This document shows, in pieces, positions 1 through 15,431 of a stretch of 64,000 nt of DNA (its first letter is position 1; every line of letters begins with the position of its first letter). The position numbers and the translations under genes were made by a program. The notes beneath the pieces are model-generated. The model was not told the DNA's origin and did not search any database. It saw only the letters and a program-made list of their open reading frames with translations. This DNA comes from an uncultured Bacillota bacterium. GTDB lineage: Bacteria; Sysuimicrobiota; Sysuimicrobiia; Sysuimicrobiales; Segetimicrobiaceae. The stretch covers positions 384,001-448,000 of the forward strand of contig CAWDRG010000017.1 in the NCBI GenBank assembly GCA_963804645.1, read 5' to 3'.

Positions 1-1600
<1,600 letters not shown>

Positions 1601-1613
1601 ACGTCCTCCACGC

Positions 1614-2084
1614 TCACCACCGATAATGCGCGAACGCCTTGTTCGCTTCGGCCATCTTGTGTGTGTCCTCGCGGCGCTTGACTGCCGCGCCCGCGTTGTT
1701 GCTGGCGTCCAGGATCTCGGCCGCCAACCGCTCCCGCATCGTGCGGCCCGGCCGCTGCCGGGCGTACTGCACGAGCCACCGGATCCCGAGCGACATCCGC
1801 CGCTCCGGCCGGACCTCGATCGGCACCTGATACGTCGCTCCGCCCACCCGCCGAGGCTTCACTTCCAGCACCGGCATGATGTTGTGAAGGGCCTGGTCGA
1901 GCACCTTGGCCGGCTCTTTGCCGCCCTTTTCCTGCACGGTCTCGAGCGCCGCGTACACGATGCGCTCGGCGAGGCTCTTCTTGCCCCGGGTCATCACCTT
2001 GTTGACCAGTCGAGTCACGTTCTGGCTCTGGAACACCAGGTCCGGCACGACCCGCCGGAGCGACACCGCCCCTTTGCGCGGCAT
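1614..2084 (-). CDS. rpsG: 30S ribosomal protein S7
   Basis: MPRKG...[14 protein letters not shown]...[15 protein letters not shown]. Confidence 0.99.
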   Translation of the reverse strand: MPRKGAVSLRRVVPDLVFQSQNVTRLVNKVMTRGKKSLAERIVYAALETVQEKGGKEPAKVLDQALHNIMPVLEVKPRRVGGATYQVPIEVRPERRMSLGIRWLVQYARQRPGRTMRERLAAEILDASNNAGAAVKRREDTHKMAEANKAFAHYRW

Positions 2085-2085
2085 G

Positions 2086-2472
2086 TTAGGCTGCCCCCGC
2101 CTTCTTGGGCCGCTTGGCCCCGTACTTGGAGCGTCCGCGCTTCCGGTCCTGAACCCCCGCGGTATCGAGCGTCCCGCGGACGATGTGGTACCGGATGCCG
2201 GGCAGGTCCTTTACGCGCCCACCGCGGATCAGGACCACCGAGTGCTCCTGCAGGTTGTGCCCGATCCCCGGGATGTAGACGGTGACCTCCTGCCCGTTCG
2301 TCAGCCGCACCCGCGCGATCTTCCGCAGCGCGGAGTTGGGCTTCTTCGGGGTCATCGTCTTCACTTGAATGCACACGCCCCGCTTTTGCGGGCTGTTCTG
2401 GAGTGCCGGCGACTTGCTCTTCGACGGCTCGATCCTCCGTCCCAACCGCACCAACTGCGTGATCGTCGGCAC
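2086..2472 (-). CDS. rpsL: 30S ribosomal protein S12
   Basis: GTG start (PTITQLVR) after [17 protein letters not shown] and GGRVKDLPG motifs. Confidence 0.98.
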   Translation of the reverse strand: MPTITQLVRLGRRIEPSKSKSPALQNSPQKRGVCIQVKTMTPKKPNSALRKIARVRLTNGQEVTVYIPGIGHNLQEHSVVLIRGGRVKDLPGIRYHIVRGTLDTAGVQDRKRGRSKYGAKRPKKAGAA

Positions 2473-2757
2473 GTTCACCCTCCCAGTCAAGGCAGCGCCG
2501 GTCCCCCGGCGTCTCCCGCGTCCATCCCGATTCGTGCTGCGCGTCCCGTTCGACGCGTAAAGCACCCCAGCGGGCTGGATCCTCCCGCCCTGGGGCTGTT
2601 GGCGATGCCGGCGGCCGGGGGACACCCGGCCGGGTTATCGCACGTCCGTCTGTTTGCGGTTAGTCATGCGCCATACGCGATGCCAAAGCTGACATCCTGC
2701 GGCGCATTATAGGGGATACTCCCCGAATCGCTGAGGCGGGTCCCGTGTCGCGGTGCG

Positions 2758-3006
2758 CTACTCGAGGATCGCCGCTACCGCGGCGCCCACGGCGATACCG
2801 CACGCTCGTCCCAGCGCGGTCATCGAGTCCACCTCGACGACCTCAACCCCTCGCTCCCGGGCTGCCAGGAGGACCGGCTCGGTCACACGTCGGTCGGCAT
2901 CCTGGGCGACATACACTACCCGAGCGTGTCCGCGATTGACGGCCTTGGTGGTTTGATTGGTCCCGATGGCCCGCTGCGCTGCAATTTTCAGGCGGTCAAC
3001 GTCCAC
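2758..3006 (-). CDS. L7Ae/YbxF-family K-turn RNA-binding protein
   Basis: IGTNQTTKAV...YVAQDAD...SMTALGRACGIAVGAA; canonical position between rpoC and rpsL; GTG start inferred. Confidence 0.9.
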   Translation of the reverse strand: MDVDRLKIAAQRAIGTNQTTKAVNRGHARVVYVAQDADRRVTEPVLLAARERGVEVVEVDSMTALGRACGIAVGAAVAAILE

Positions 3007-3064
3007 AATCCGCTCGCTCGCGGCATCCCCGAAGCCCGGCCGGGGGCCGTGATTCCACCACGCC

Positions 3065-3093
3065 ATTGTACCAACGGCGGCCTACCCTGTCAA
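3065..3093 (-). promoter_or_regulatory. sigma70-type promoter for L7Ae-rpsL-rpsG-fusA
   Basis: TTGACA-17 bp-TACAAT. Confidence 0.8.
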
Positions 3094-3185
3094 CGGCGCA
3101 GCGACGGCGGTCGACGGCGGTCGGGCGAACCGGGGCCCGAGCGGCACCGCCGCCGGGCCCCGCCCCCGTCCGACCCGTCAACTCG

Positions 3186-6630
<3,445 letters not shown>

Positions 6631-6631
6631 C

Positions 6632-9600
6632 CTAGGACTCCTCCACGAGAGCCTCTTCGCCCTCCAGGTTGATGCCGAGCGCGCGCGCCGTCTCCGCGAT
6701 GTCCTCCTCGATTTCCTTGAGCTCGATCTCCTTCTGGTCCTCGCTCAGCACCTTCACGTCCAAGCAGAGGCTCTGCAGTTCCTTCACGAGCACCTTGAAC
6801 GACTCCGGCACGCCGGGCTCCTGGATGTTCTCGCCCTTGACGATCGCCTCGTAGGTCTTCACGCGCCCGACGACGTCGTCCGACTTCACGGTCAGCAGCT
6901 CCTGCAGCGTGTTCGCCGCGCCGTACGCCTCGAGCGCCCAGACTTCCATCTCGCCGAACCGCTGCCCGCCGAACTGCGCCTTGCCGCCGAGCGGCTGCTG
7001 GGTGATCAACGAGTAGGGTCCGGTCGACCGGGCGTGAATCTTGTCCTCCACCAGGTGGAGGAGCTTCATCATGTAGATCTGGCCGATCGTGACCTCCTGC
7101 TCGAACGACTCCCCGGTGCGACCGTCGTACAGACGGGTCTTCCCGGTGTCATCCACCTGCACCCGGGCGCCGGCCTCGGTCTCGCTGGCCTTGGTGAGCA
7201 GCTCCCGAATTTCATCCTCGCGCGGCCCGTCGAACACGGGCGTTTCCGCGTGGAACCCGATCAAGTAGGCCGCCCAGCCGAGATGGGTCTCGAGCACCTG
7301 TCCCACGTTCATCCGGGACGGCACGCCGAGCGGGTTCAACACAATGTCGACCGGCGTCCCATCCGGCAGGTAGGGCATATCTTCCGACGGCAGAATCCGG
7401 CTGATCACGCCCTTGTTGCCGTGCCGCCCGGCCATCTTATCGCCGACGGTGATCTTGCGCTTCTGCGCGACGTACACGCGCACGAGCTGGTTCACGCCGG
7501 GCGACAGCTCATCGCCTGCCTCCCGGGAGAACATCTTGACGGCCACGACCTTTCCCTTCTCGCCGTGCGGCACTTTGAGCGACGTGTCGCGGACCTCCCG
7601 CGCCTTCTCACCAAAGATCGCGCGCAAGAGACGCTCCTCCGCCGTGAGCTCGGTCTCGCCTTTCGGCGTGACCTTGCCGACGAGGATGTCTCCGCTCCGC
7701 ACCTCCGCGCCGATGCGAATGATCCCCCGCTCGTCGAGGTCCCGGAGGGCTTCCTCGCCCACGTTGGGAATGTCGCGGGTGATCTCCTCGGGCCCCAGCT
7801 TCGTGTCGCGCGCCTCCACCTCGTACTCCTCGATGTGGATGCTCGTGAACAGATCTTTCTGCACGAGCCGCTCGGAGATCAGGATCGCATCCTCGTAGTT
7901 GTAGCCCTCCCACGGCATGAACGCGACGAGGATGTTGTGGCCGAGCGCCATCTCGCCGAGGTCCGTGCACGGTCCGTCGGCGACGACGTCGCCGACCCCG
8001 ACCCGCTCGCCGACCTCAACGATCGGCCGCTGATTGATGCACGTCCCTTGGTTGCTTCGCTGAAACTTGACCAACCGATACGTCCGCTCCTTGCCGCGGT
8101 CGGGTTTGATGACGATCGCCTCGCCCGTGACGCTCGCGACTTCGCCGACCTCGCGGGCCACGACGACGGCGCCCGAATCCACGGCGGAACGGTGCTCCAT
8201 CCCGGTGCCCACCAACGGCGCCTCGGTCCGGAGCAGCGGCACCGCCTGGCGCTGCATGTTGGACCCCATGAGCGCCCGGTTCGCATCGTCATGCTCGAGG
8301 AACGGAATCAGCGCCGTCGCGACGCTCACGATCTGCTTGGGCGACACATCCATATAGTCGATTTCGTCCGGCGGCACCAACACGATCGCGCTGCCCCGGC
8401 GGGCGGTAACCTTCGCTTCCATGAGCTTGCCGTCGGCGCTGATCATCGCGTTCGCCTGCGCGATCGTGTACCGCTCCTCGTCGTCCGCGGTCAAATACTC
8501 GATCGACCGCGTGACACGCGTGTCGCGCACCCGGCGGTACGGCGTCTCGATGAACCCGTACGGATTGACGCGGGCGAACGTCGCGAGCGACGAGATCAGG
8601 CCGATGTTCGGGCCCTCCGGGGTCTCGATCGGGCACATCCGCCCATAGTGGGACGTGTGCACGTCGCGGACCTCGAACCCGGCGCGCTCCCGGCTGAGAC
8701 CGCCCGGGCCGAGCGCCGACAGCCGCCGTTTATGGGTCAGTTCGGCGAGCGGGTTCGTCTGGTCCATGAACTGCGAGAGCTGGCTCGACCCGAAGAACTC
8801 CTTGATCGCCGCCACGACCGGCCGGATGTTGATCAAGACCTGCGGCGTGATCGCGCCGGCGTCCTGAATCGTCATCCGCTCGCGGATCACGCGCTCCATC
8901 CGGAGCATGCCGATCCGAAACTGGTTCTGCAGCAGCTCGCCGACCGACCGCACCCGGCGGTTCCCCAGGTGGTCGATGTCGTCCGGCTTGCCCTGCCCGT
9001 TGAAAAGGGTCAGCAGGTAGCGCACGATCTCCGCGATGTCGCGGGGCCGCAGGACCCGCGGCTCCGCGGCATCCTCCGGGGTCGGCTTGAACCCCAGCTT
9101 CTTGTCGAGCTTGTACCGGCCGACCCGCCCGAGATCGTAGCGGCGCGAGTCGAAGAACAGCGTGTTCAACAGCGTCCGCGCACTCTCGATCGTCGGCGGG
9201 TCTCCCGGGCGCAGCCGCCGGTAGATCGCGAGCAGTGCGTCCTCGGGAGTCTTGGCCTCGTCCTTCTGGAGCGTCGCGGACATGGCCTTATCCTGATCGT
9301 AGTACTTCAGAATCTCCTCGTCGGTGAGCAGCGACAGGTGCTCCCCCCGCCGTGTCTCCTTCTGCTGGGAGATGGCGCGCAGCAGAATCGTGACCGGCAG
9401 CTTCCGCGTCCGATCGATCCGGACGTAGACGATCCCGTTGGCGTCCACCTCGAACTCCAACCAGGCGCCCCGGTGCGGGATCACCGTCGCCGCCGGGAGC
9501 ATGTGGTTGTTCGTGTCGGGCGCCATGCTGTAGTAGACTCCCGGAGACCGCACGAGCTGGCTGACGACGACGCGCTCGGCCCCGTTGATCACAAACGTGC

Positions 9601-10312
9601 CCTGCTCGGTCATCAGGGGGAAGTCCCCCATGAAGACTTCCTGTTCCTTGACCTCGCCGGTTTCCTTAATAACCAGGCGCACCTGGACCTTGAGGGCGGC
9701 GCTGTAGTTATAGTCCCGCTCGCGGCACTCGTCGACGGAGTAGCGCAGCTGCTCGAGCCGGTACCCGTCGAACTCGAGCGGCAGGTCCCCGTTCTCGTCC
9801 TCCTGGGCCGTGCGCGACTTCCGGCGCCCGACCGCGAAGTGGAGCTCCAGGTTTCCGGTAAAGTCTCGGATCGGGGAGATCTCCTCAAAGACCTCGCGGA
9901 TGCCCTCCTTGAGGAACCACTTGAACGATTCCCGCTGGATCTCGACCAGGTTCGGCACGTCGAGGACGTCGTGAATCTTGGCGAAGCTCACGCGGGCGCG
10001 CTTGCCCCGCCGCGTCACCCGGACCTCGCCAAGCCCCTTGACGTTGCGCATGGACGCATGCGACGGCGCAGGAGGCGGCGGCGCCTGGAACACGGCGACC
10101 GGCGCCCGCTCCGTCTTTGTGTCCAGCAGGATTGTCCGCGCCAAGCGCGGCCGCGCCGCGGCGCCGCTTCGACGCCCCGACTGCTGCAGCTTTACGCGCG
10201 CGGCATCACGGGCCACGAGACGCATGGCCCCTGCTTTCGCACCTGTCTTCGCCCGGGCGCCCTTCTTCCCGGCAGTTCTAACTCTGGCCTTCGGCGACGC
10301 GGCCTTTGCCAT
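6632..10312 (-). CDS. rpoB: RNA polymerase beta subunit
   Basis: [57 protein letters not shown]; start placed at the ATG downstream of GGAGG (10324-10328). Confidence 0.98.
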   Translation of the reverse strand: MAKAASPKARVRTAGKKGARAKTGAKAGAMRLVARDAARVKLQQSGRRSGAAARPRLARTILLDTKTERAPVAVFQAPPPPAPSHASMRNVKGLGEVRVTRRGKRARVSFAKIHDVLDVPNLVEIQRESFKWFLKEGIREVFEEISPIRDFTGNLELHFAVGRRKSRTAQEDENGDLPLEFDGYRLEQLRYSVDECRERDYNYSAALKVQVRLVIKETGEVKEQEVFMGDFPLMTEQGTFVINGAERVVVSQLVRSPGVYYSMAPDTNNHMLPAATVIPHRGAWLEFEVDANGIVYVRIDRTRKLPVTILLRAISQQKETRRGEHLSLLTDEEILKYYDQDKAMSATLQKDEAKTPEDALLAIYRRLRPGDPPTIESARTLLNTLFFDSRRYDLGRVGRYKLDKKLGFKPTPEDAAEPRVLRPRDIAEIVRYLLTLFNGQGKPDDIDHLGNRRVRSVGELLQNQFRIGMLRMERVIRERMTIQDAGAITPQVLINIRPVVAAIKEFFGSSQLSQFMDQTNPLAELTHKRRLSALGPGGLSRERAGFEVRDVHTSHYGRMCPIETPEGPNIGLISSLATFARVNPYGFIETPYRRVRDTRVTRSIEYLTADDEERYTIAQANAMISADGKLMEAKVTARRGSAIVLVPPDEIDYMDVSPKQIVSVATALIPFLEHDDANRALMGSNMQRQAVPLLRTEAPLVGTGMEHRSAVDSGAVVVAREVGEVASVTGEAIVIKPDRGKERTYRLVKFQRSNQGTCINQRPIVEVGERVGVGDVVADGPCTDLGEMALGHNILVAFMPWEGYNYEDAILISERLVQKDLFTSIHIEEYEVEARDTKLGPEEITRDIPNVGEEALRDLDERGIIRIGAEVRSGDILVGKVTPKGETELTAEERLLRAIFGEKAREVRDTSLKVPHGEKGKVVAVKMFSREAGDELSPGVNQLVRVYVAQKRKITVGDKMAGRHGNKGVISRILPSEDMPYLPDGTPVDIVLNPLGVPSRMNVGQVLETHLGWAAYLIGFHAETPVFDGPREDEIRELLTKASETEAGARVQVDDTGKTRLYDGRTGESFEQEVTIGQIYMMKLLHLVEDKIHARSTGPYSLITQQPLGGKAQFGGQRFGEMEVWALEAYGAANTLQELLTVKSDDVVGRVKTYEAIVKGENIQEPGVPESFKVLVKELQSLCLDVKVLSEDQKEIELKEIEEDIAETARALGINLEGEEALVEES

Positions 10313-10453
10313 CACCCTTTTCGCCTCCAGGAGAGATGTCCGAATGGCCGGGGCATGCCAGCACACACCAAGCCCCGGGTCCGGCCAATTTGCTGGGTCC
10401 CCCAGCAATGAGGTGATCTAGCACACAGTAGAGGCATTATAGAAGTAAAGCCA

Positions 10454-10482
10454 ATAATACCCCTTAAAGGCAAAGCAGTCAA
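10454..10482 (-). promoter_or_regulatory. sigma70-type promoter for rpoBC
   Basis: TTGACT-17 bp-TATTAT, plus a second TATAAT at 10436-10441. Confidence 0.7.
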
Positions 10483-10540
10483 GGGGAGACCGGAGACGGC
10501 CAAAAGCCGCCCCGCCGCGTCCCCCTGACCCCTTCAGCCC

Positions 10541-10930
10541 TTACTTGATCTCGACCGTGGCTCCGACTTCCGTCAACTTGGCCTTGATCGTCTCGGCTTC
10601 TTGCTTGGAGACTTTTTCCTTCACAGGTTTGGGTGCCCCATCGACCAAATCCTTCGCCTCTTTCAGGCCTAACCCGGTGAGCTCCCGGACGACCTTGATC
10701 ACCTGGATCTTCTTGTCGCCGATCGCCGAGAGGATCGCATCGAACTCGGTCTGCTCTTCAACAACCGCCGCGGCCCCGCCGCCAGCGCCGGGCGCTGCCG
10801 CCATCGCCATCATCGGGGCCGCCGCGCTCACGCCAAATTTCTCCTCGAGCGCCTTGACCAACTTTGACAGGTCCAGCGCCGACAGGCCCTCAATCTCGCC
10901 TACGATCTGCTCAATCGCTGCCATTCCCAT
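10541..10930 (-). CDS. rplL: 50S ribosomal protein L7/L12 (start may be 10924)
   Basis: [37 protein letters not shown]. Confidence 0.98.
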   Translation of the reverse strand: MGMAAIEQIVGEIEGLSALDLSKLVKALEEKFGVSAAAPMMAMAAAPGAGGGAAAVVEEQTEFDAILSAIGDKKIQVIKVVRELTGLGLKEAKDLVDGAPKPVKEKVSKQEAETIKAKLTEVGATVEIK

Positions 10931-10965
10931 CCCCTCCCACTTGGGTCTGTACTATCCTGGTTGAA

Positions 10966-11832
10966 TCATGCCCCCGCGGGCTTGTTGTCCGCTGCCGGGA
11001 CTTCATTCTCTGCAACGGTTGGGGTTCCACCCTCTGGCGCGGCCGGGGCCGGACTCTCCGCCACAGCCGAGGCCGAAGCCTCCGCCACAGCCGGACTCTC
11101 CGCCGCAGCCGGGGCTGGAGCCTCCGTCACAGCCGGGGCTGGAGCCTCCGCGACGGCCGGGGCCGGACTCTCCGCCACAGCCGGGGCTGGACTCTCCGCC
11201 ACAGCCGGGGCTGGACTCTCCGCCACAGCCGGGGCCGGACTCTCCGCCGCAGCCGGGGCCGGACTCTCCGCCACAGCCGGGGCTGGAGCCTCCGCGACGG
11301 CCGGGGCCGCCGCTTCGCGCTGCTTCCGCAGGGCTTCCAGCGCCGTCACCAGCCCTCGCTGCGGGCCGGTCAGCACGGTGACAAGTCCACGCATCGGTCC
11401 CTGGATCACACCAAGCAGCCTGGCAAGCAGCTCCCGCTTTGTTGGCAGGGACGCCAGCGACTGGACCGCCTCGGGCCCGAGCGTCTGGCCCTCCACGACG
11501 CCGCCCTTGATCTCCAACTTCCGGTACTGGCGGATGAACTCCTGAAGGATTCGGGCCGGCGCGCCGGGATCATCACTGCCAAACACCACGGCGGTCGGGC
11601 CGACGAGATACGGTTCCAAGCCATTCACGCCCGCCCGTTCGGCGGCCCGGCCGAGCAGTGTGTTCTTGGCCACCCGGTACTCGATGGACGCGTCCCGCAA
11701 TTTCGCCCGGAGGGCTCCGATCTCGCTCACAGACAGGCCCCGGTAGTCCGTCAGGATCACGACGGAGGACGACTGGAGCCGCTGCTGGAGATCTTCGACC
11801 TCGGCGACTTTTTCGGGCCTCGGATTACTCAT
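10966..11832 (-). CDS. rplJ: 50S ribosomal protein L10 with a long repetitive C-terminal tail
   Basis: DYRGLSV, YRVAKNTL, LASLPTKRELLA; about 115 aa of Ala/Glu/Pro tail. Confidence 0.96.
   Translation of the reverse strand: MSNPRPEKVAEVEDLQQRLQSSSVVILTDYRGLSVSEIGALRAKLRDASIEYRVAKNTLLGRAAERAGVNGLEPYLVGPTAVVFGSDDPGAPARILQEFIRQYRKLEIKGGVVEGQTLGPEAVQSLASLPTKRELLARLLGVIQGPMRGLVTVLTGPQRGLVTALEALRKQREAAAPAVAEAPAPAVAESPAPAAAESPAPAVAESPAPAVAESPAPAVAESPAPAVAEAPAPAVTEAPAPAAAESPAVAEASASAVAESPAPAAPEGGTPTVAENEVPAADNKPAGA
11042..11308. repeat. Intragenic 24-bp tandem repeat, about 11 units
   Basis: Unit GCCGGGGC(C/T)GGA(CTC/GCC)TCCGCCACA, with one 18-bp unit; encodes (V/A)AE(S/A)PAPA. Confidence 0.97.
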
Positions 11833-11870
11833 GCACTCCTCCTGGACCGACGGACCGTACCCACCAAACT

Positions 11871-11975
11871 AAAGAGACCCCCGCAGACAGGGGAGTCTCC
11901 GCATTACTGGAGCCTCGGCGGGCGGCCCGAAGGCCTTTGGGCGCGCACGGCGCACCCGCTGTCTACGGCACGGTC
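11871..11975 (-). promoter_or_regulatory. L10 leader (autoregulatory RNA) with attenuator hairpin
   Basis: CCGTAGACAGCGGG...CCCGCCGAGG core, then hairpin GAGACTCCC...GGGGGTCTC-TTT upstream of rplJ. Confidence 0.8.
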
Positions 11976-12014
11976 GATTCGATTGTTGATTTCTCGTTCG
12001 TGAACCGCCCCCGG

Positions 12015-12043
12015 ATAATACCATCCGCGGACTGTCTCGTCAA
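12015..12043 (-). promoter_or_regulatory. sigma70-type promoter for rplJ-rplL
   Basis: TTGACG-17 bp-TATTAT. Confidence 0.8.
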
Positions 12044-12226
12044 CGACCAGTACGGACGCCCAACGGTGAGGAATAGGACCCGGCAGGCCGGGCATCCGGG
12101 AGCGGGTTGGGAACGCCGGAAACAGCGTGATGGAGAGTGGGCTCGAAGCGATCGGCTTCGAGAGGGTGAAGAGCGCAGCGAGCACAGCGAGTGCGAGAGC
12201 CGGAGCAGCCACCAGCGCCCCGGTGT

Positions 12227-13564
12227 TTAGGAGGTATCGAAGCGGATTTGGATGGCGGGTCTCGACTCCTCGGGAAGCAGGTGATGGCGCAGGTCCTCGA
12301 GGAGCCGGCGGGCGGTGTTTTTGAGACTGCCAAACAGTGCCAGCGGCGTTTTGCCGTGCCGCTGGGCCAGATGCTGAAGCAGACTCCCCCGCTCCAGTAG
12401 TTGCAGCATCATGTGTGCGATCTGCAGGAGATAGTAGTAGGCCTTGATCAACTCCGGATCGGTGCTGTAGGGATGCTCCAAGTTCAGCTCGCTGTTTTTT
12501 TGGACATTGAATCCCGCCTCAATCGTCCAGCGACGTCGCCCCCCTTTCATCGCGATTTCCACGACCGTCTCCCGAGTCACCGGCAGGTTCGTCATCCACA
12601 CGAACGTCGTCGTGGTGTCCTTGACCGTCTCCTCGCACAACAAGGCGTTGAACCGGTACGGGCGCCGGTGCGCATCCTCCGCCGTCATCCCCGTCGCCCA
12701 TCGGTACGCCTGCCGCGTGCCATTCGGCAGGGTCAGCCGCAGGACGTGCTCCGGGCACAACGCCAACACGGCCTGAAACTCGGTCCAAGCAGTCTGCGCG
12801 TTCCCCGCCTTGAACGTGAACACATAGCTCCAGCCCTGGGCTTCGACCAACCGCACGGCCGGCGCACACGCATACAGCGCGTCACTGGTCACACACAAGG
12901 CCGTCTGGGGATACGCCTCCCGCAGGCTCGGTACCAGGCGGCGAAACGCGGCCAGCTCGCAGTCTTGCTTCCATGAGTCCAGGTCGCGCCCCGCCCGCGC
13001 CGGCCGATCGGCGTTCTCGATAAACGCCGTCCCCATGGACAGCCCGAGGCCGCCGGGCCCGAGGAGTTTCGCCTCTTCGACCATGTGCAGATACACGTCG
13101 TGGGTCGCATGACGCCGCACCAAGCACTGGGGACAATGCTCCGTGCGAAAGTGGAGATGGCCGGTCCCGTCGATCGCGACCACCACGCGCCCCAGCAACC
13201 GCGCCGCATCCAGGACTTTCATCCGGAGGAGCCGCCGGATCATCTGCGTCCGCAGCGCCGCCAGCGGCGCGCTCCCCACATGCCCCAAGAAGTGATCCAA
13301 CGTGTCGTGCACCGGCAAGGTCGCTTGCTGCGTGCCGGCGAGCCGATTGACATTGCCCAGCACCTGCGTCGTCGCATCGCGTAAGTCAAAGTCCAACTGG
13401 CGCCGGCTGCCCAGCTTGCAGCAGAACAGCAACACCCCCCACCAGGCCAGAAACTTCTTGTCGTACTCGATGAACGGCACATATCGGGTGTCCGGCAGCG
13501 CATCCAGCCACTGATTGAGCGCCGGCCAGAAGTGCTGGACCGTCCGCCGAAAGGCGGAGCTCAG
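12227..13564 (-). CDS. DDE transposase (start uncertain: CTG at 13564 or ATG at 13684)
   Basis: AIDGTG, TSDALYA and RRRWTIEAGFNVQK (D, D, E with an IS4-like R-E-K signature). Confidence 0.9.
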   Translation of the reverse strand: MSSAFRRTVQHFWPALNQWLDALPDTRYVPFIEYDKKFLAWWGVLLFCCKLGSRRQLDFDLRDATTQVLGNVNRLAGTQQATLPVHDTLDHFLGHVGSAPLAALRTQMIRRLLRMKVLDAARLLGRVVVAIDGTGHLHFRTEHCPQCLVRRHATHDVYLHMVEEAKLLGPGGLGLSMGTAFIENADRPARAGRDLDSWKQDCELAAFRRLVPSLREAYPQTALCVTSDALYACAPAVRLVEAQGWSYVFTFKAGNAQTAWTEFQAVLALCPEHVLRLTLPNGTRQAYRWATGMTAEDAHRRPYRFNALLCEETVKDTTTTFVWMTNLPVTRETVVEIAMKGGRRRWTIEAGFNVQKNSELNLEHPYSTDPELIKAYYYLLQIAHMMLQLLERGSLLQHLAQRHGKTPLALFGSLKNTARRLLEDLRHHLLPEESRPAIQIRFDTS

Positions 13565-13923
13565 CGTCCCGTGGATCGACCCGCCCGCTGCTTCCGGGCG
13601 CGGACGTGGCCCCGGATCCGCGCCAGCGCTAGCTCCGTGCTCTCCTGGATCACCTGGCGCAGCCGCTGGTATTCGTCGACCCATGCGCGAACCTCAGCCA
13701 CCAGCTCGACCGGGACATAGGTGGTCTGGGTCTTGCCGTCGACCGAGCGCGTCAGGTAGTGCCCCACGTGGAGCGCCCCCTGCGCGCAGTGGCACCCCGG
13801 CCGGCCGCAGCGCCGCGCGATTTGCACCAAGCTCGCCGCCAGCACCGGCCCGCGGGCCTGTAATTGCTTGACCCGCGCGTCGAGCTGGCGACGCTGCAGC
13901 GTCGGGTGGTCCCGCATGCGCAT
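13561..13923 (-). CDS. IS-associated small Cys/His protein (DUF6788-like)
   Basis: SL...RCGRPGCHCAQGALH...YLTRSVDGKTQTTYVP; lies inside the IS ends and overlaps the transposase. Confidence 0.8.
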   Translation of the reverse strand: MRMRDHPTLQRRQLDARVKQLQARGPVLAASLVQIARRCGRPGCHCAQGALHVGHYLTRSVDGKTQTTYVPVELVAEVRAWVDEYQRLRQVIQESTELALARIRGHVRARKQRAGRSTGR

Positions 13924-14186
13924 GGTTCATTCCCTTCGACACCACGCCCCGCGCCCCCACCCCGCGCGCCGCCGAGGATGCCTGCTAAGCGATCCACTAT
14001 TCAGTATTGACCCCTGAAATTCCTGCTGCGAAGAAAATAATTGGCGAGAAACCGCCTGGGGACACGCATCGTCGCGGACGCGTGCTGCTAACCGCTTACC
14101 GCGGGGGGGCGAGGTGCGACGAATTCTTATTCTTCAGGGCTGACGGACGCCCGACGCAGCGCCTCAGGATTCGGCCGGTCGAGCCC

Positions 14187-14897
14187 CTACGTAGTCGCTG
14201 CGGGAGCTTCTGCGTCGGCCTTCGACGGATCGATCCGGATCCCCGGTCCCATCGTCGATTTGACGGTGACGCTCCGGAGATACTGCCCCTTACTTGAGGA
14301 CGGCTTGCTCCGGACGACGGCGTTCACCACGGTCGCGAAGTTCTCGAGCAGTGCATTGGCGGGGAACGACGCCTTCCCGAGCGCCAAGTGCAGGATCCCG
14401 AACTTGTCGACCCGGTACTCAACCTTACCGGCTTTGATCTCCCGGACTGCGCGGCCGACGTCGAAAGTCACCGTACCGGCCTTCGGGTTCGGCATCACGC
14501 CGCGGGGTCCGAGGACCCGGCCGAGCCGGCCCACGACGTTCATGACGTCCGGGGTCGCCACGGCCACGTCGAACTCCAGCCAGCCGCCCTGAATCTTCTC
14601 CGCGAACTCGTCAACGCCGGCGTAATCGGCGCCCGCATCCAGCGCTTCCTTGACCTTGTCGCCCTTCGCAAAGACGAGCACCCGGACTGATTTCCCGGTG
14701 CCGTGGGGCAATACCACCGTGCCCCTGACCTGCTGGTCCGCCTGCTTCGGGTCGATTCCGAGCCGAATGTGCGCCTCAACTGTTTCATCGAACTTGCCAG
14801 TCGGCATCTGCTTCAGCAGTCCGACCGCCGTCTGCGGGTCGTACAGCTTCCCCGGCTCGACCAGCTTGCTTGCCTCGCGATAGCGCTTCCCATGCAT
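14187..14897 (-). CDS. rplA: 50S ribosomal protein L1
   Basis: [41 protein letters not shown]. Confidence 0.99.
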   Translation of the reverse strand: MHGKRYREASKLVEPGKLYDPQTAVGLLKQMPTGKFDETVEAHIRLGIDPKQADQQVRGTVVLPHGTGKSVRVLVFAKGDKVKEALDAGADYAGVDEFAEKIQGGWLEFDVAVATPDVMNVVGRLGRVLGPRGVMPNPKAGTVTFDVGRAVREIKAGKVEYRVDKFGILHLALGKASFPANALLENFATVVNAVVRSKPSSSKGQYLRSVTVKSTMGPGIRIDPSKADAEAPAATT

Positions 14898-14915
14898 CTA
14901 AGTCACCCTCCTTGT

Positions 14916-14945
14916 GTGGTTCGAGCGGACTGAGCGTCCTCCCAC
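14916..14945 (-). promoter_or_regulatory. Putative L1-binding operator between rplK and rplA
   Basis: GTGGGAGG...CCGCTCGAACCAC just before the rplA RBS, resembling the Firmicutes-type L1 site. Confidence 0.65.
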
Positions 14946-14960
14946 TCCTGCCTCGGCTTG

Positions 14961-15380
14961 CTAGCCGACCTCGATCCCCATGCTGCGCGCCGTGCCTTCG
15001 ATCATCCGCATCGCCGCGTCCAGATCCTTGGTGTTCAAATCCGGCATCTTGGTCTCGGCGATCTCGCGGATCTGCTGCTGGGTCACCCGGCCGGCCTTCT
15101 TCTTATTCGGCTCTCCCGACGCTTTCTCCAGGCCGGCCGCTTTCTTCAGCAGCACCGCCGCCGGCGGGGTCTTCATGACGAACGTAAACGTCCGGTCGGC
15201 GAAGATGGTGATCTCCACCGGCACGATCGTCCCCACCTGCCGGGCCGTCTTCTCGTTGTACGACTTGCAAAACTCCATGATATTGACGCCGTGCTGACCC
15301 AGCGCCGGCCCAACCGGCGGCGCCGGCGTGGCCTTCCCAGCCGGAATCTGCAGTTTGACGATCGCGACGATCTTCTTCAT
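14961..15380 (-). CDS. rplK: 50S ribosomal protein L11
   Basis: [31 protein letters not shown]. Confidence 0.99.
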   Translation of the reverse strand: MKKIVAIVKLQIPAGKATPAPPVGPALGQHGVNIMEFCKSYNEKTARQVGTIVPVEITIFADRTFTFVMKTPPAAVLLKKAAGLEKASGEPNKKKAGRVTQQQIREIAETKMPDLNTKDLDAAMRMIEGTARSMGIEVG

Positions 15381-15431
15381 GCGTCCTCCAGTCCGCCCCG
15401 CCCGGTCCCCGCCGTACGGGCGGGAGGCCGG

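Larger units (their letters stand above)
12061..14142 (-). mobile_element. Complete 2082-bp insertion sequence (IS4/ISAs1-like DDE superfamily) with two ORFs
   Basis: Imperfect terminal inverted repeats CAACGGTGAGGAATAGGA and CAGCCCTGAAGAATAAGA (13/18); flanked by a 9-bp direct repeat ACGGACGCC at 12052-12060 and 14143-14151. Confidence 0.9.

Noticed and set aside
8690..8800. Rifampicin-resistance changes in RpoB (and streptomycin changes in S12)
   Set aside because: Cluster I residues and the S12 PKKPNS motif look wild-type
11042..11308. 24-bp repeats as a CRISPR array
   Set aside because: No unique spacers, in frame inside rplJ, and no cas genes
12171..12230. Degenerate GAGC(A/G)CAGC repeats near the IS end
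   Set aside because: Too short and degenerate to separate from GC-rich noise without other IS copies
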